From NCBI GenBank assembly GCA_004431415.1, contig QPMI01000427.1, forward strand, positions 62,001 through 126,000: a stretch of 64,000 bases of DNA, read 5' to 3'. Below are positions 24,382-37,180 of this stretch, piece after piece (positions within the stretch are counted from its first letter, which is position 1; the number at the start of each line of letters is the position of its first letter). The DNA comes from Cyanophora paradoxa CCMP329 (lineage: Eukaryota > Plantae > Glaucophyta). Both the position numbers and the translations under genes were made by a program. The notes beneath the pieces were generated by a model that did not search any database, was not told the DNA's origin, and was given only the letters and a program-made list of their open reading frames with translations.

Positions 24382-27300
24382 CTAGATCTGGAGCTGCTGG
24401 CAGCCGCCCCCGAGCATGGGGTACTTTACGCAGAGGCTGGCGGCGGCCCTGAGCACGGGGGCCGGGCCCATGCCGAAGGGGTAGAGGGCGAGCGGGGCGT
24501 GGCCGGAGGTCTCAGCGCCCGGGACGCGCGAGACGACGACCAGGTTCGCCTGGCACGGCGACCTGCGCGCGCGCATCAGCTCGAGTCGAGCGCTCGGTTC
24601 GCATCGCGATCGAGAAGGAGACGGATAAAATTTATTTCAAGTTGGGCTCGCCTGCCGTCCGCGCCGGGGCACATGTCGAGGTAGAGGCCGGAGGGCAGGT
24701 AGAGGGTGGCGGAGCTCGAGAACGCCGAGTAGACCTGACGGAGGCCCACGCGTCTCGTGGTCAGATGCTGATCGGGAGAAAGTGCACCAAGCTCCAGCAG
24801 CAGAGCAGCGCTAGATTTAAGACGGACCAGGGAGCACTGGGGGGCGAAGGCGACGAGGAACGCGGGGCAGACGTAGACGTCGGCGGTGGGGTACGAGGGG
24901 GACCACGAGACGGTGCAGGGCGAGCCGACCGAGCACGTCACTCGCGTAGAGAACGACCCGCCCAGCAGGAGCTGGCCCTGCAGCGGGACCGCTGGGGGCG
25001 AGACGCCGACTCACGCGTACGAAGCGAGACGCGCGTTCGCATACGCATGGGTCATACGGCACGCACGTGGCAGCAGAGCGACGGGCCGGTACCCGATGAG
25101 GTTGTAGTTCGGCTGGCTGTAGTCCATCGTGCCCACCACCACGAAATTTGCAGAGCAGGCACTCCTGGGCCCGCAGATATCGGCGTCAGTGCAGGCTCCC
25201 GCAGCACCAGAGAAGAACGCTGCTAGCGCTAGCGCTGACGCACCCCGACGGTCCGCAGATGTAAACGAAGGTCGAGGCGCTAAGCGAGAAACCACTCCAC
25301 ACTTGTCCGAACTGCGCATGCACACACACCGTTACTCCACCGAGGATCACGTGCACCCGTTTTCAATGGCGAGAGCAGCAGACGCCATATGCTTGCCACG
25401 GAAAGAACGCGCGATCGGAATTGTAAGCGATTGCGAGTATATGTAAATAGAGGCAAGGCGATCATGTCTCTCGAAAAGATCTAGACCAGCGGGTTACGAT
25501 CGTGTATACTTTGATTTGAGCTTAGTTGTTTCTAATGCACAGAGCGCCAATCGCGAATGCTTCTCACCGAATAACAGGGGCTGGGCGGCATGCCTGGAGC
25601 GTACGAGGGTTCCGGGTTTGTGACGTTTGCCGGGCACAGGTACAGGTGGGCGTTGATCGGGAAGTTGCTCCAGGAGGCAGAGCAGGACTGCCCCACGGCG
25701 CAGGAGGCACTAGTAGACGCGGCCAACTCAATCGCCAGTTTCACGTCGCCTGCGCGCCGGACAACAAGAGTCCCACACCCGTGAACATGATCATGAGAAC
25801 AACCAAGCGCAAAAGCGACATCAACGCACCCGTGTGCGGCTGCAGCGTTAGTGAGCGATTCCCCTGAATCCCTCCGAACAGTGCAGACCGCACGACCCAG
25901 TTGACTTCGCAGTCTGCTCCTCTGCAAATACGCGCACATTGGCAATGTGAGCGCGCGCTGGCTATAGCAATGACTGCACATGCATATGGTGGCAGCGAAG
26001 CGATTAAAGGCGATCATTGTCATCACGCCTCCACAATAAAAACGCTAACCGTTGAATGGGCCTGTTGCAAAAGCGCTAGCTATAGCCATCACATGTGCGC
26101 ATACAAATGCGCACCCGGCGGAGGGGCAGAGAAGCGTGTGGCTCTCAGCGGGCAGCTTGGGGACCATGTAGTAGCCCGATTGTTGCAACGTTCGGTTCGT
26201 AACCTGCACATGTGCAAGCGGCGCATGTTAGTCGGGCGTCGGCGCACAGGCCGCGGCCGGGTGGGGGGGAGATGCTGGCGGTCCCCTGGCCTGCTAGCTA
26301 TAGCCTGCAGCTGCTGGCCTGCTGGCACTCTGATCGAATGCTTCAAACCTAGGTCTTGAGAATAACGACGTTGTCTAGCTATAGCGACTAACGATGAGAA
26401 TCATGGCCGGGCCACGCACAAACACGCAATCGGCGCTGCCAGGGCTGTACGAAGTGACACCGGCGGAGCACAGGTACACGTCCGCATCGGCGTAGACAGT
26501 CATGTCGGTCCAGCCAACAACACAGTATGCGCCAGCCCGGCACCGCGTGCTGGATACCCACGAGACCCACAGTGGGGTCGTCGCTGCAAAAACAATATTA
26601 CTCTCGGGTACGGATATCGATGTGGAGGTGCGATATCAATATCAATCAATCAAAAACGAAGTGCAGGCCAGGGCTACAGCTATGTGAATATCCGCAGGAA
26701 AGCAGAAAGCGCACGTGGAGTGAGGGTTACCGCCCGGTGCCCGATGAGGTTGTAGTTCGGCTGGCTGTAGTCCATCGTGCCCACCACCACGAAATTTGCA
26801 GAGCAGGCACTCCTGGGCCCGCAGATGTCGGCGTCAGTGCAGGCTCCCGCAGCACCAGAGAAGAACGCTGCTAGCGCTAGCGCTGACGCACCCCGACGGT
26901 CCGCAGATGTAAACGAAGGTCGAGGCGCTAAGCGAGAAACCACTCCACACTTGTCCGAACTGCGCATGCACACACACCGTTACTCCACCGAGGATCACGT
27001 GCACCCGTTTTCAATGGCGAGAGCAGCAGACGCCATATGCTTGCCACGGAAAGAACGCGCGATCGGAATTGTAAGCGATTGCGAGTATATGTAAATAGAG
27101 GCAAGGCGATCATGTCTCTCGAAAAGATCTAGACCAGCGGGTTACGATCGTGTATACTTTGATTTGAGCTTAGTTGTTTCTAATGCACAGAGCGCCAATC
27201 GTGAATGCTTCTCACCGAATAACAGGGGCTGGGCGGCATGCCTGGAGCGTACGAGGGTTCCGGGTTTGTGACGTTTGCCGGGCACAGGTACAGGTGGGCG

Positions 27301-29987
27301 TTGATCGGGAAGTTGCTCCAGGAGGCAGAGCAGGACTGCCCCACGGCGCAGGAGGCACTAGTAGACGCGGCCAACTCAATCGCCAGTTTCACGTCGCCTG
27401 CGCGCCGGACAACAAGAGTCCCACACCCGTGAACATGATCATGAGAACAACCAAGCGCAAAAGCGACATCAACGCACCCGTGTGCGGCTGCAGCGTTAGT
27501 GAGCGATTCCCCTGAATCCCTTCGAACAGTGCAGACCGCACGACCCAGTTGACTTCGCAGTCCGCTCCTCTGCAAATACGCGCACATTGGCAATGTGAGC
27601 GCGCGCTGGCTATAGCAATGACTGCACTATGCATATGGTGGCAGCGAAGCGATTAAAGGCGATCATTGTCATCACGCCTCCACAATAAAAACGCTAACCG
27701 TTGAATGGGCCTATTGCAAAAGCGCTAGCTATAGCCATCACATGTGCGCATACAAATGCGCACCCAGCGGAGGGGCAGAGAAGCGTGTGGCTCTCAGCGG
27801 GCAGCTTGGGGACCATGTAGTAGCCCGACTGTTGCGACGTTCGGTTCGTAACCTGCACATGTGCAAGCGGCGCATGTTAGTCGGGCGTCGGCGCACAGGC
27901 CGCGGCCGGGTGGGGGGGAGATGCTGGCGGTCCCCTGGCCTGCTAGCTATAGCCTGCAGCTGCTGGCCTGCTGGCACTCTGATCGAATGCTTCAAACCTA
28001 GGTCTTGAGAATAACGACGTTGTCTAGCTATAGCGACTAACGATGAGAATCATGGCCGGGCCACGCACAAACACGCAATCGGCGCTGCCAGGGCTGTACG
28101 AAGTGACACCGGCGGAGCACAGGTACACGTCCGCATCGGCGTAGACAGTCATGTCGGTCCAGCCAACAACACAGTATGCGCCAGCCCGGCACCGCGTGCT
28201 GGATACCCACGAGACCCACAGTGGGGTCGTCGCTGCAAAAACAATATTACTCTCGGGTACGGATATCGATGTGGAGGTGCGATATCAATATCAATCAATC
28301 AAAAACGAAGTGCAGGCCAGGGCTACAGCTATGTGAATATCCGCAGGAAAGCAGAAAGCGCACGTGGAGTGAGGGTTACCGCCCGGTGCCCGATGAGGTT
28401 GTAGTTCGGCTGGCTGTAGTCCATCGTGCCCACCACCACGAAATTTGCAGAGCAGGCACTCCTGGGCCCGCAGATATCGGCGTCAGTGCAGGCTCCCGCA
28501 GCACCAGAGAAGAACGCTGCTAGCGCTAGCGCTGACGCACCCCGACGGTCCGCAGATGTAAACGAAGGTCGAGGCGCTAAGCGAGAAACCACTCCACACT
28601 TGTCCGAACTGCGCATGCACACACACCGTTACTCCACCGAGGATCACGTGCACCCGTTTTCAATGGCGAGAGCAGCAGACGCCATATGCTTGCCACGGAA
28701 AGAACGCGCGATCGGAATTGTAAGCGATTGCGAGTATATGTAAATAGAGGCAAGGCGATCATGTCTCTCGAAAAGATCTAGACCAGCGGGTTACGATCGT
28801 GTATACTTTGATTTGAGCTTAGTTGTTTCTAATGCACAGAGCGCCAATCGCGAATGCTTCTCACCGAATAACAGGGGCTGGGCGGCATGCCTGGAGCGTA
28901 CGAGGGTTCCGGGTTTGTGACGTTTGCCGGGCACAGGTACAGGTGGGCGTTGATCGGGAAGTTGCTCCAGGAGGCAGAGCAGGACTGCCCCACGGCGCAG
29001 GAGGCACTAGTAGACGCGGCCAACTCAATCGCCAGTTTCACGTCGCCTGCGCGCCGGACAACAAGAGTCCCACACCCGTGAACATGATCATGAGAACAAC
29101 CAAGCGCAAAAGCGACATCAACGCACCCGTGTGCGGCTGCAGCGTTAGTGAGCGATTCCCCTGAATCCCTCCGAACAGTGCAGACCGCACGACCCAGTTG
29201 ACTTCGCAGTCCGCTCCTCTGCAAATACGCGCACATTGGCAATGTGAGCGCGCGCTGGCTATAGCAATGACTGCACTATGCATATGGTGGCAGCGAAGCG
29301 ATTAAAGGCGATCATTGTCATCACGCCTCCACAATAAAAACGCTAACCGTTGAATGGGCCTATTGCAAAAGCGCTAGCTATAGCCATCACACGTGCGCAT
29401 ACAAATGCGCACCCGGCGGAGGGGCAGAGAAGCGTGTGGCTCTCAGCGGGCAGCTTGGGGACCATGTAGTAACCCGACTGTTGCGACGTTCGGTTCGTAA
29501 CCTGCACATGTGCAAGCGGCGCATGTTAGTCGGGCGTCGGCGCACAGGCCGCGGCCGGGTGGGGGGGAGATGCTGGCGGTCCCCTAGGCCTGGCGCCGGC
29601 CTGCTAGCTATAGCCTGCATGCGCAGCTGCTGGCCTGCTGGCACTCTGATCGAATGCTTCAAACCTAGGTCTTGAGAATAACGACGTTGTCTAGCTATAG
29701 CGACTAACGATGAGAATCATGGCCGGGCCACGCACAAACACGCAATCTGCGCTGCCAGGGCTGTACGAAGTGACACCGGCGGAGCACAGGTACACGTCCG
29801 CATCTCCATACGTGTCACTGTTCCAGCCGACAACACAGTATGCGCCAGCCCGGCACCGCGTGCTGGATACCGACGAGACCCACACCGGGCTGCCCTGCCA
29901 AGCCTGCGCGTCCGCTGTGCAGGCTAGAAGCGCCCCGAAGATGACAATCGCGAGCGTGCAGGCGATCCTGGCTGCAGCTGGCGCCAT
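24382..29987 (-). CDS. Secreted multi-exon Cys-containing repeat protein (beta-rich modules, possibly Ig/Kre9-like)
   Basis: Signal peptide MAPAAARIACTLAIVIFGALLACTADA|QAW. Modules RCRAGAYCVVGW...DADVYLCSAG, SCAVGQSCSASW...AHLYLCPA and TCSVGSPCTVSW...ADVYVCPA. Last exon ends ...GGGCQQLQI* at 24382. Confidence 0.75.
25086..29884. repeat. Intragenic tandem repeat, ~2.9 units of 1648-1649 bp
   Basis: Near-identical ORFs recur at 25129/26777/28426 and 25526/27174/28823. Introns are also nearly identical. Confidence 0.97.
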
Positions 29988-30120
29988 CGCGCTACGCTCG
30001 CTGCAAAAGTTGACCGCTGGAAGCTTCTGAACCCCGTACCCCGGTGCGTGAGCCGCCCTCGAACCGGCCATCGATATCAGCTTGCGAACTTGGAATTTGA
30101 ATTCGAATTACCGGTATACC

Positions 30121-33100
30121 TTTTTTTTTGAGAGACTACGGTGGGGCGAACCCCCCGTAGGTAGTGATATTAAAGACAACAAAGCAATCACAAATCAAAG
30201 ATACAGTAAACTAGCACAAAATATATACAGAATCAAGAGGGATCACGAGAAAGGACACGATCAGAAGAACGCAAAAGATAAGGAGAACGAGCACGAGGAG
30301 AAGGAGTAGAAGAGCTCAAGGGCGTCGATGCAGAAGTACTAGTCACACTAGAACGACGAGGAGCACGGGGACGCAGCAAATAAGGAGAACGAGCACGAGG
30401 AACTACAGTCGAAGACGAAGATCTAGACGAAGACGACAAGACAGAGCTAACAGCAGAACTAGAAGACGTAGTCGCAGGAGGCAAAGGCGGTAGAACAGTA
30501 GGAGAGGCGAAACGTAGGACACCACTAGAGGGGAAAGTCGAAGCTGGCGGAGTGTCTAAACGGAATCGAGATTGTAGAGTTGGTAAAACAATGGACGGCT
30601 GAAGACTAATCTGAGGAACTGGGGACGACACGAGGAAAGGGGCAGAGCTCGGGTGCAGACTCGGAATCGGCAGTATAAGAGGAGGGGCGAAACGCAAGCC
30701 AGTAGTGACAGGGAAGGCAGACGATGGGGCTGAACCAGGCGGGAGAGGCAAATATAGCGAAGTAGAAGAGAGAGAAGGGTACACACGAGGAACGTCACCA
30801 TACACAAAATACTCGCTGCCAAAAACTATACGGTCTGACGGTCGCTGAAGATAAAGAGGCGGAACTGCCTGAGGGCTAACAGTGAGAGATGGAGGAGGAA
30901 GAGGCAGAGCTAACGACAAAGGGAACGGAATCAAAGGTACAGGGAAGGCATGGAATACACGAGGAACTGGAAGGTGGAGGGGGCCAGTGCTCCTAACTAA
31001 CATCGATGAAGCATCTGATGGAGGTGACGGCAAAACAACTGAGGGTAAACTAAGTTGAGGTGAAGCGAAGATTGATACAAGACTATCATGAATCAAAGGG
31101 GGCCATGCAGGAACCGGCGGGCGAGGTGGATCTGGCGGGACAGCCAGAGGGGAAGCCGAAGGTACAGGAGAGGAAAGCCGCAGGCGCCGAGACACATGGA
31201 CAGGGGACGGATCGGCATCGGGAGGCAAGGTTGAATTCGACGGAGACCGGGGGCGGCGGATTCGTGAAACGGAAGGTATCAGAGAAGGACTAGGGGGGGC
31301 AGGGAAGTACGGAGCCGCTGAGCAGGTGGCGACGGTGAGGGTGCAGGGGAGCGAATCCGTCGCAAAGTCGGAACAGGCTGACGGGGCTCGGCATATGTAG
31401 CCGCAGCTGCAGGAGCTGGAGCAAGCACTGGGGGTGCCGGATCCGGAGACTGGAGGCGGGGGCGCTGGGCAGGAGGCACAGGATCTGGAGGATTCTCTGA
31501 ACTAGAGGGGGTTCGAGGTCGGCGAACGCCACGGGCGTTAGCAGGATGTTTATCAGCCCGAACATGACGGTCACGATCAGCAGAAGACTGAAAGTTCTTC
31601 CCACAAATAGGGCATATTAATGTGGAGGCAGAAGCGGCGCTAGCGCTAGCATCGGCAGACGAGCTCAAACGAGAACTCGAGGGAGCCGGGACCGAAGCTG
31701 TATCAGCGCTAGCAGATGGCCTCGCAATGTGCTGAACTTGAGGATTCACGCCGACGCCATTAACTGTAGTAGCAGGCCTAGGGGTAGCGACTGCAGGGGG
31801 GCCCGGGACCGCGACTGCTGGGGGGCCCGAGCGCTGTAGAGGGATAGCTCCGCGCACAGAAAAGAAGCTCGCATCAAAAATAGATTGAGGGGGGCTAGGG
31901 CGGTCACGTGACTCAGGGTTTGAACCATCGTAATCAGAGCCCTCCCCTAAATGCCGTAAACGAAGAAGCTCAATGCGCTCGACAGCAGGAGGCAACGTAA
32001 TCTCGAGAATATCCAGAAAACGTTTCCACAGGTTTAGCAGAGCATTAACGGAGTACACTGGTACCCGCTCAGCAAGTAAATTATCGGGTGAGAGATATGC
32101 ACGGGACAGCTGAAAAATTGCGTAAATGCCCGCCAAAATATAACCGAGATACCGAACACAGAAATCGGCATCCACAGAAGATGTGATCAATGTCCCCGCA
32201 ACACCGGGAACTTGTGGATCTAGAATAGCGGAGAACGTAATAGGAGGCAATGGTAAAGAGGGCTGCACGTCCTCGGGCAAAGCCTCTGCTAAGGATGTGA
32301 GCTCAGCATGCATGGCCCGCCAAAAACCCTGCACCACAGGGCAATCAAAGAAAACGTGCCGCACTGAACGATGCTGCCCATCATTACAAGCGCGGCAAAA
32401 AATAGCCGCGACCGGCGGCCGTTGTAAAGATGGGAAAGCCTTATATCGGAGACGGAAGAGGACATCGAGCCACAGCATAGGAAAGGCACGAAGGGCGACG
32501 AGCTGAGACACGCGATTAAGAGGGAGATCCAGACCCCAGTGTTCTGAAGGCATCTTAGCCCTACTCCGCACCCGCCACAGTCGCTGTACCTCGAGCTGGT
32601 AAAAGCGCCGAACAGAAAAGCCCTGAAGCGTGAGCATCTTATCGAATGTGAAAGCAAAATTGCTGTAGGAAAGCGTAGCTGTCGAACCCGTGCCAAGCGA
32701 AACCAGAATTGGACGCGAACCTCTGCGCAAAGAAATAAAATACTGGGAGGAGAGCACATGAAGCGGCAAGAGGCCAGCTGGTACGCCAGGGTACAAGAGC
32801 GGATCTGGAGGGCGGCCACGGGGCCACGGGACGAAATCCAACACCCGTGGGACAATCTCACCTTCAAAAAGAGGGAAGGCCACAAAAAAGCCCGAGGGAC
32901 CCCTCAGATACACATATTTATCATCTTTCGATTTATACCATAAGAAACGTTCCGGTACGGCATTAGCAGTAAGCGTTGTAAGCCAACTGGATGGCAGGGC
33001 ACGACAAATTTGATCAAAGGCAGCAGTATAATCAACTAGCATTGCAGGGGGAGCACGAAATCGGTGCAACTGTACATCCCAAATGTCAGCGACGCGCTGT

Positions 33101-36100
33101 ACACCGGCTCTCGCAAACTCAGTATGTGTCTGTGCTGCAATGTCACTAGGAAGAACATATAAAGGATTAAGAAAAATAGGCTGGGTCAAAATTTGATGCA
33201 CGGTTGTAGGAGATGCAACGGCTTGACGATCTCGCCACGCCTCAAACAGCATCTGCCAAAGCGGTGGCAAATGCAATCTTGGCAAGATGGCAGACACATC
33301 AAGCCCCAAAATGACATTAGCATAAGAGAATGGAGCCAACTGACGGTCTATTTGGTATTGAATATATTCCTTCCAAGGAGCTGAACAGGCCGGGTCGTTA
33401 AGGAAGGCAAGCCATTTAGATTTTAAAGCCAGCGAAAACGTAACAATATCTGGGCAATTTAATCCACCGTCTTTAAACGGAAGCGCCGTAACATATGTAG
33501 ATACGGAGCCGCGTACACCCGAAAAGTTGCGGATTAAATTACTCCAAGCTTTATAACGATCACCTCCCGGTTCTAAAATATACAGCGGATAATGTAGTGA
33601 TCCCACAATAGCAGCCCACGCAAGTAAAACACCAGAGCGTAGAGGCATCCGATTCCGGTTAACTGACTGTGCGCGCAGAACGAGAGCAGCAGTCTTTTTA
33701 TTCCAAAACCGGTCATGCACTAGCTCCAGAGGGAACCCGAGATATTTGGCGATCTTGGCATCTGCGGAAATCTCAGAAGGATCAACCTTCATACGCTCAA
33801 AAGGACAATCAGGTGGAAGAGATAAATTTGAGTGCATGGGTAGTATATGCGATTTTTCGAGATTAATTTTCGCCCCTGTTAACCGTTGAAATTTCTTAAT
33901 GAGAGCGTCCCAAATGGGAATTCCGCAAAGGAGGCAATAAGGGGAACAGTATCATCAGCAAACTGGAGGACCTTGCATATGGACCGCCCAGAAATTTGCA
34001 CCCCGCGTATACGGGGTTCAGTATCGATTAACATGATTAATAGATGCGCACACAAATTATATAGATATGGCGATAGAGGACCACCCTGCCGGACTCCGCA
34101 CCGGATGGGAAACCGAGGCGTTGTCCAGCCATTAATATGGATCATCCCCGACAGATCAGAATACAAAAGACGGACCCAGTCAGTAAAGTATGACCCAAAT
34201 CCATATTGATTCAAGGTCCAGAAAAGAAACTCCCAATTCACCCGATCATAGGCTTTGGAGAAATCAAGGAACCCCAAACAAAGTTCCTCGAGATCGGGAT
34301 TATCCCCCTCATAATACATCAATAAATATACGAGCATAAATTGATGCACCGCAGAACGTTTGGTGATAAAACCCGACTGATATTTTGATATTAAGCGGGG
34401 CATGATAGGGGTCAAGCGGTTAGATAATGCCCGCTCGACTGCTCGCTCCTCTACATTCGATAGAGCGATAGGCCGACGGTTAGTGACCAAAGTCGCATCC
34501 GTACCAGGTTTCGGAATTGGGACAATGAGGATATCTCGTAGCGAGCCAGGGGCCGCCTTCCGATTATGCATAGCCTTAAGGTATTCCATAAAATCTGGAC
34601 CAATGTCGCCCCAGAAAGTACTATAAAATTCAGGTACTAAACCATCAAGTCCAGGGGATTTTCTAAGCCCAGATATATCCTTAAACGATTGCAACAATTC
34701 ATAGGCGGCCAGTGGGGTATCGAGATCCACGGCCTCCCGCGGAATGAGTTTATAAGGCGCATACAGTGACGCACATTCAGCCCGTTCATCACGATGCGCC
34801 GCCACCACACTTTGAGCTTGCTGACCATCGTATAAATCAGCGAAATGAGCTGCCGACAACGTCATAAGCACAAAGGGATTATCAGAAGCATAAGAGGGAT
34901 CCGGGGTGTTGGCCGCCGGAGTTTATTCTCACATCCGGTCTCCTGCTCAGCAGTTCCGAAATAATGAGTGAAAAACTCCCGCCTCGATGTGGCCTCGTTC
35001 TGACTTGAGAATAGCGAGTCAGCTTGAACGGCAGCCCTACACACTTGAGGCATGCGCTCCCGCAGCTCTCTATAAAGAGCAGAGCGGCCACTCAAGAAAC
35101 TGTCCCGTAAGATCTCGCCCTGCGAATAGGCGGTGATGAGACGTTCGAGACGTTTCATGGCAGACCAGTAAGCCGACTTATTCTTGCGCCGCTCAGTCGA
35201 CTCCCACGCAGAGAGAGCAGTCTGTAGATACCGTTTAAGAGCTTCGAAGCGAAGAATAGAATCGGATGCAGGCGAAGGCCACTCAGCACGCCACATCTGA
35301 AAAACCTTCCGAATTTCAGCGAGATACGCTGGGTTCTTCCCATAAAGGTCCATCGCATCTTCCAGCGACCCGGCCCACGCTGATGAACTGGAGGGGACAG
35401 CGTGAGTTGAATTCCAATGTGATCAGAAAGAGGCCTATCAAGATGTCTGGAAGTGTATTTCATCCATGGGACGAGCACTGGGTTCCATGCGAGTAGGGAT
35501 TGAGAGACAAAGAAATAATCTAGACGAGATTCGACGGCCCCCGAGGCTGCCTGGGCATTAGTCCGATAAAACGTTTTAAATCGATTAGACCGGCGCTCAT
35601 CCGTACAAAGCGATGCAACATCCTGGAGTTGATATTGCGAGCAAACCGCTTCAAAGGATGCAGGGGGCGACACCCGCCCCGAAGTACTGTTCGCGTCAGA
35701 AGGCAAAAGGTGAAAGTTAAAATCACCACATAAGATTAAATGGGACCCCACAGGAACGACCGACTCCAGAGTATGACACAATGTCTCGTAGAAGCCTAAC
35801 CGTTCAGCATCCTGAACAGGTGCGTAAATGTTGCACAGGTAAATATTTACAGTTCCAGAGCGCAACAGGAACAGCTGCAGCCGGGAACTCTGTGCAGGAG
35901 CTAGCGAGGTAATGCTAAATCGCTTATTAGGGAAGAGAGTAGCTACACCTTGACTGGCAACTTCTGGATTGAAAGCCCAGTACGAAGGGGTAGCCCCCAC
36001 TTGCCTTTCAGAAAAGCAGCGTCTACTTTACTCGATACGTGAGTTTCCTGTAAACAAACTATGGATTTGCGAGACTGTTCACGAGCACACTTAAGGAGAT

Positions 36101-36789
36101 AATCAACGTGGTGCATACCAAGTGAAGCACAGAAGCTTGTGTCTCCTACTAATTTCCTGCAACGTTCAGGGAGACAATATTGATGGCCATAGTATGATCA
36201 CGGTGGTTTAAAGAATCCAGAGAAAACTATGTACAAGCTTAAATTGAAGAAGGGCAAAATACGAGACGACCCTACTTGCCAGTGCCAGAACCGGCACAAG
36301 TGCCAGAACCGGCACCCCGAACGCGTGTTGGAATTGTACGGCCGGCGGCAGCGATCTGCATGTTCGTCATCTCCGTGGGCAGGCCAGCGGGCTGCGCTCA
36401 GAAACAAGGTGAGGGCGAGTTGAAAAAAGTAATAAGAGTGCCAATTTATGAGATGTCTATGCATCGTATTTAAACAGTAATCCAGTTTTAAAGCCCAGAT
36501 CAGAACAATTGCAAGTTCAAGGTGCCGCAGCTGCAGCGCAGCCTTGGCATCATGCCGCAGCTGCAGTGCAGCTTTGGCAGTCCACAACGGGCCGCTCCGG
36601 CCCCCCTCCGCCCCCGTCCGCAGCTCCCTCCCCTCGTAGCTCGGCGGACTTCATACAGTAGAGAACTAAGAGAAGTCGGTAATTGGAATTCCAAGTTCGC
36701 AAGCTTATTTTATATTCCTAGTCTGCGAGTCTGCGACTACTGTAATTCGGGTAATATTTAAGACCCCAAAATAATTAGTAATGCCGGGG
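30121..36789 (-). mobile_element. Non-LTR retrotransposon (L1/Tx1-like LINE), apparently 5'-truncated, plus captured flanking DNA
   Basis: T9 tract (poly-A on the minus strand) at 30121-30129. 16-bp TSD gaattaccggtatacc at 30105-30120 and 36790-36805. AT-richer, intronless APE-RT coding sequence. Confidence 0.92.
31279..36190 (-). pseudogene. LINE ORF2: APE endonuclease + reverse transcriptase + CCHC finger, ~5 frameshifts
   Basis: EN: MAINIVSLNVAG, VCLQETH, NIYAP, ILCGDFN, SRLDYFFVS, SDH. RT: KSPGLDG, RPIALSN, FLDFSKAYDRV, GVRQGGPLSP, QFADD, KYLG. Finger: CRAC-x8-HVFFDC. Confidence 0.93.
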
Positions 36790-37180
36790 GAATTACCGGT
36801 ATACCGACTTCTACTGTAAGTCGGGAAATATTTAGTATACTGGATCTTTATAGTACCAAAGTTTTCACTGCGCACACGGTGCGGCACACCCCCTACCAAA
36901 GACCCCGGGCCCTACTATAAAGCGCTCCGCGGCCAATTGCAAGTCTTAATTATTTTCAGCCTACTAAACCGGCCAAACCCCGGCATTACTAATTATTTTG
37001 GGGTCTTAAATATTACCCGAATTACAGTAGTCGCAGACTCGCAGACTAGGAATATAAAATAAGCTTGCGAACTTGGAATTCCAATTACCGACTTCTCTTA
37101 GTTCTCTACTGTATGAAGTCCGCCGAGCTACGAGGGGAGGGAGCTGCGGACGGGGGCGGAGGGGGGCCGGAGCGGCCCGT
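36587..37180. repeat. 203-bp inverted repeat (36587-36789 / 36978-37180) with a 188-bp spacer
   Basis: The arms are reverse complements. The track shows the same peptide on opposite strands (36522+ and 37006-). Confidence 0.95.

Noticed and set aside
36198-36586. Possible LINE ORF1 remnant with short direct repeats
   Set aside because: No recognisable RRM or zinc-knuckle motif, so the frame could not be assigned.
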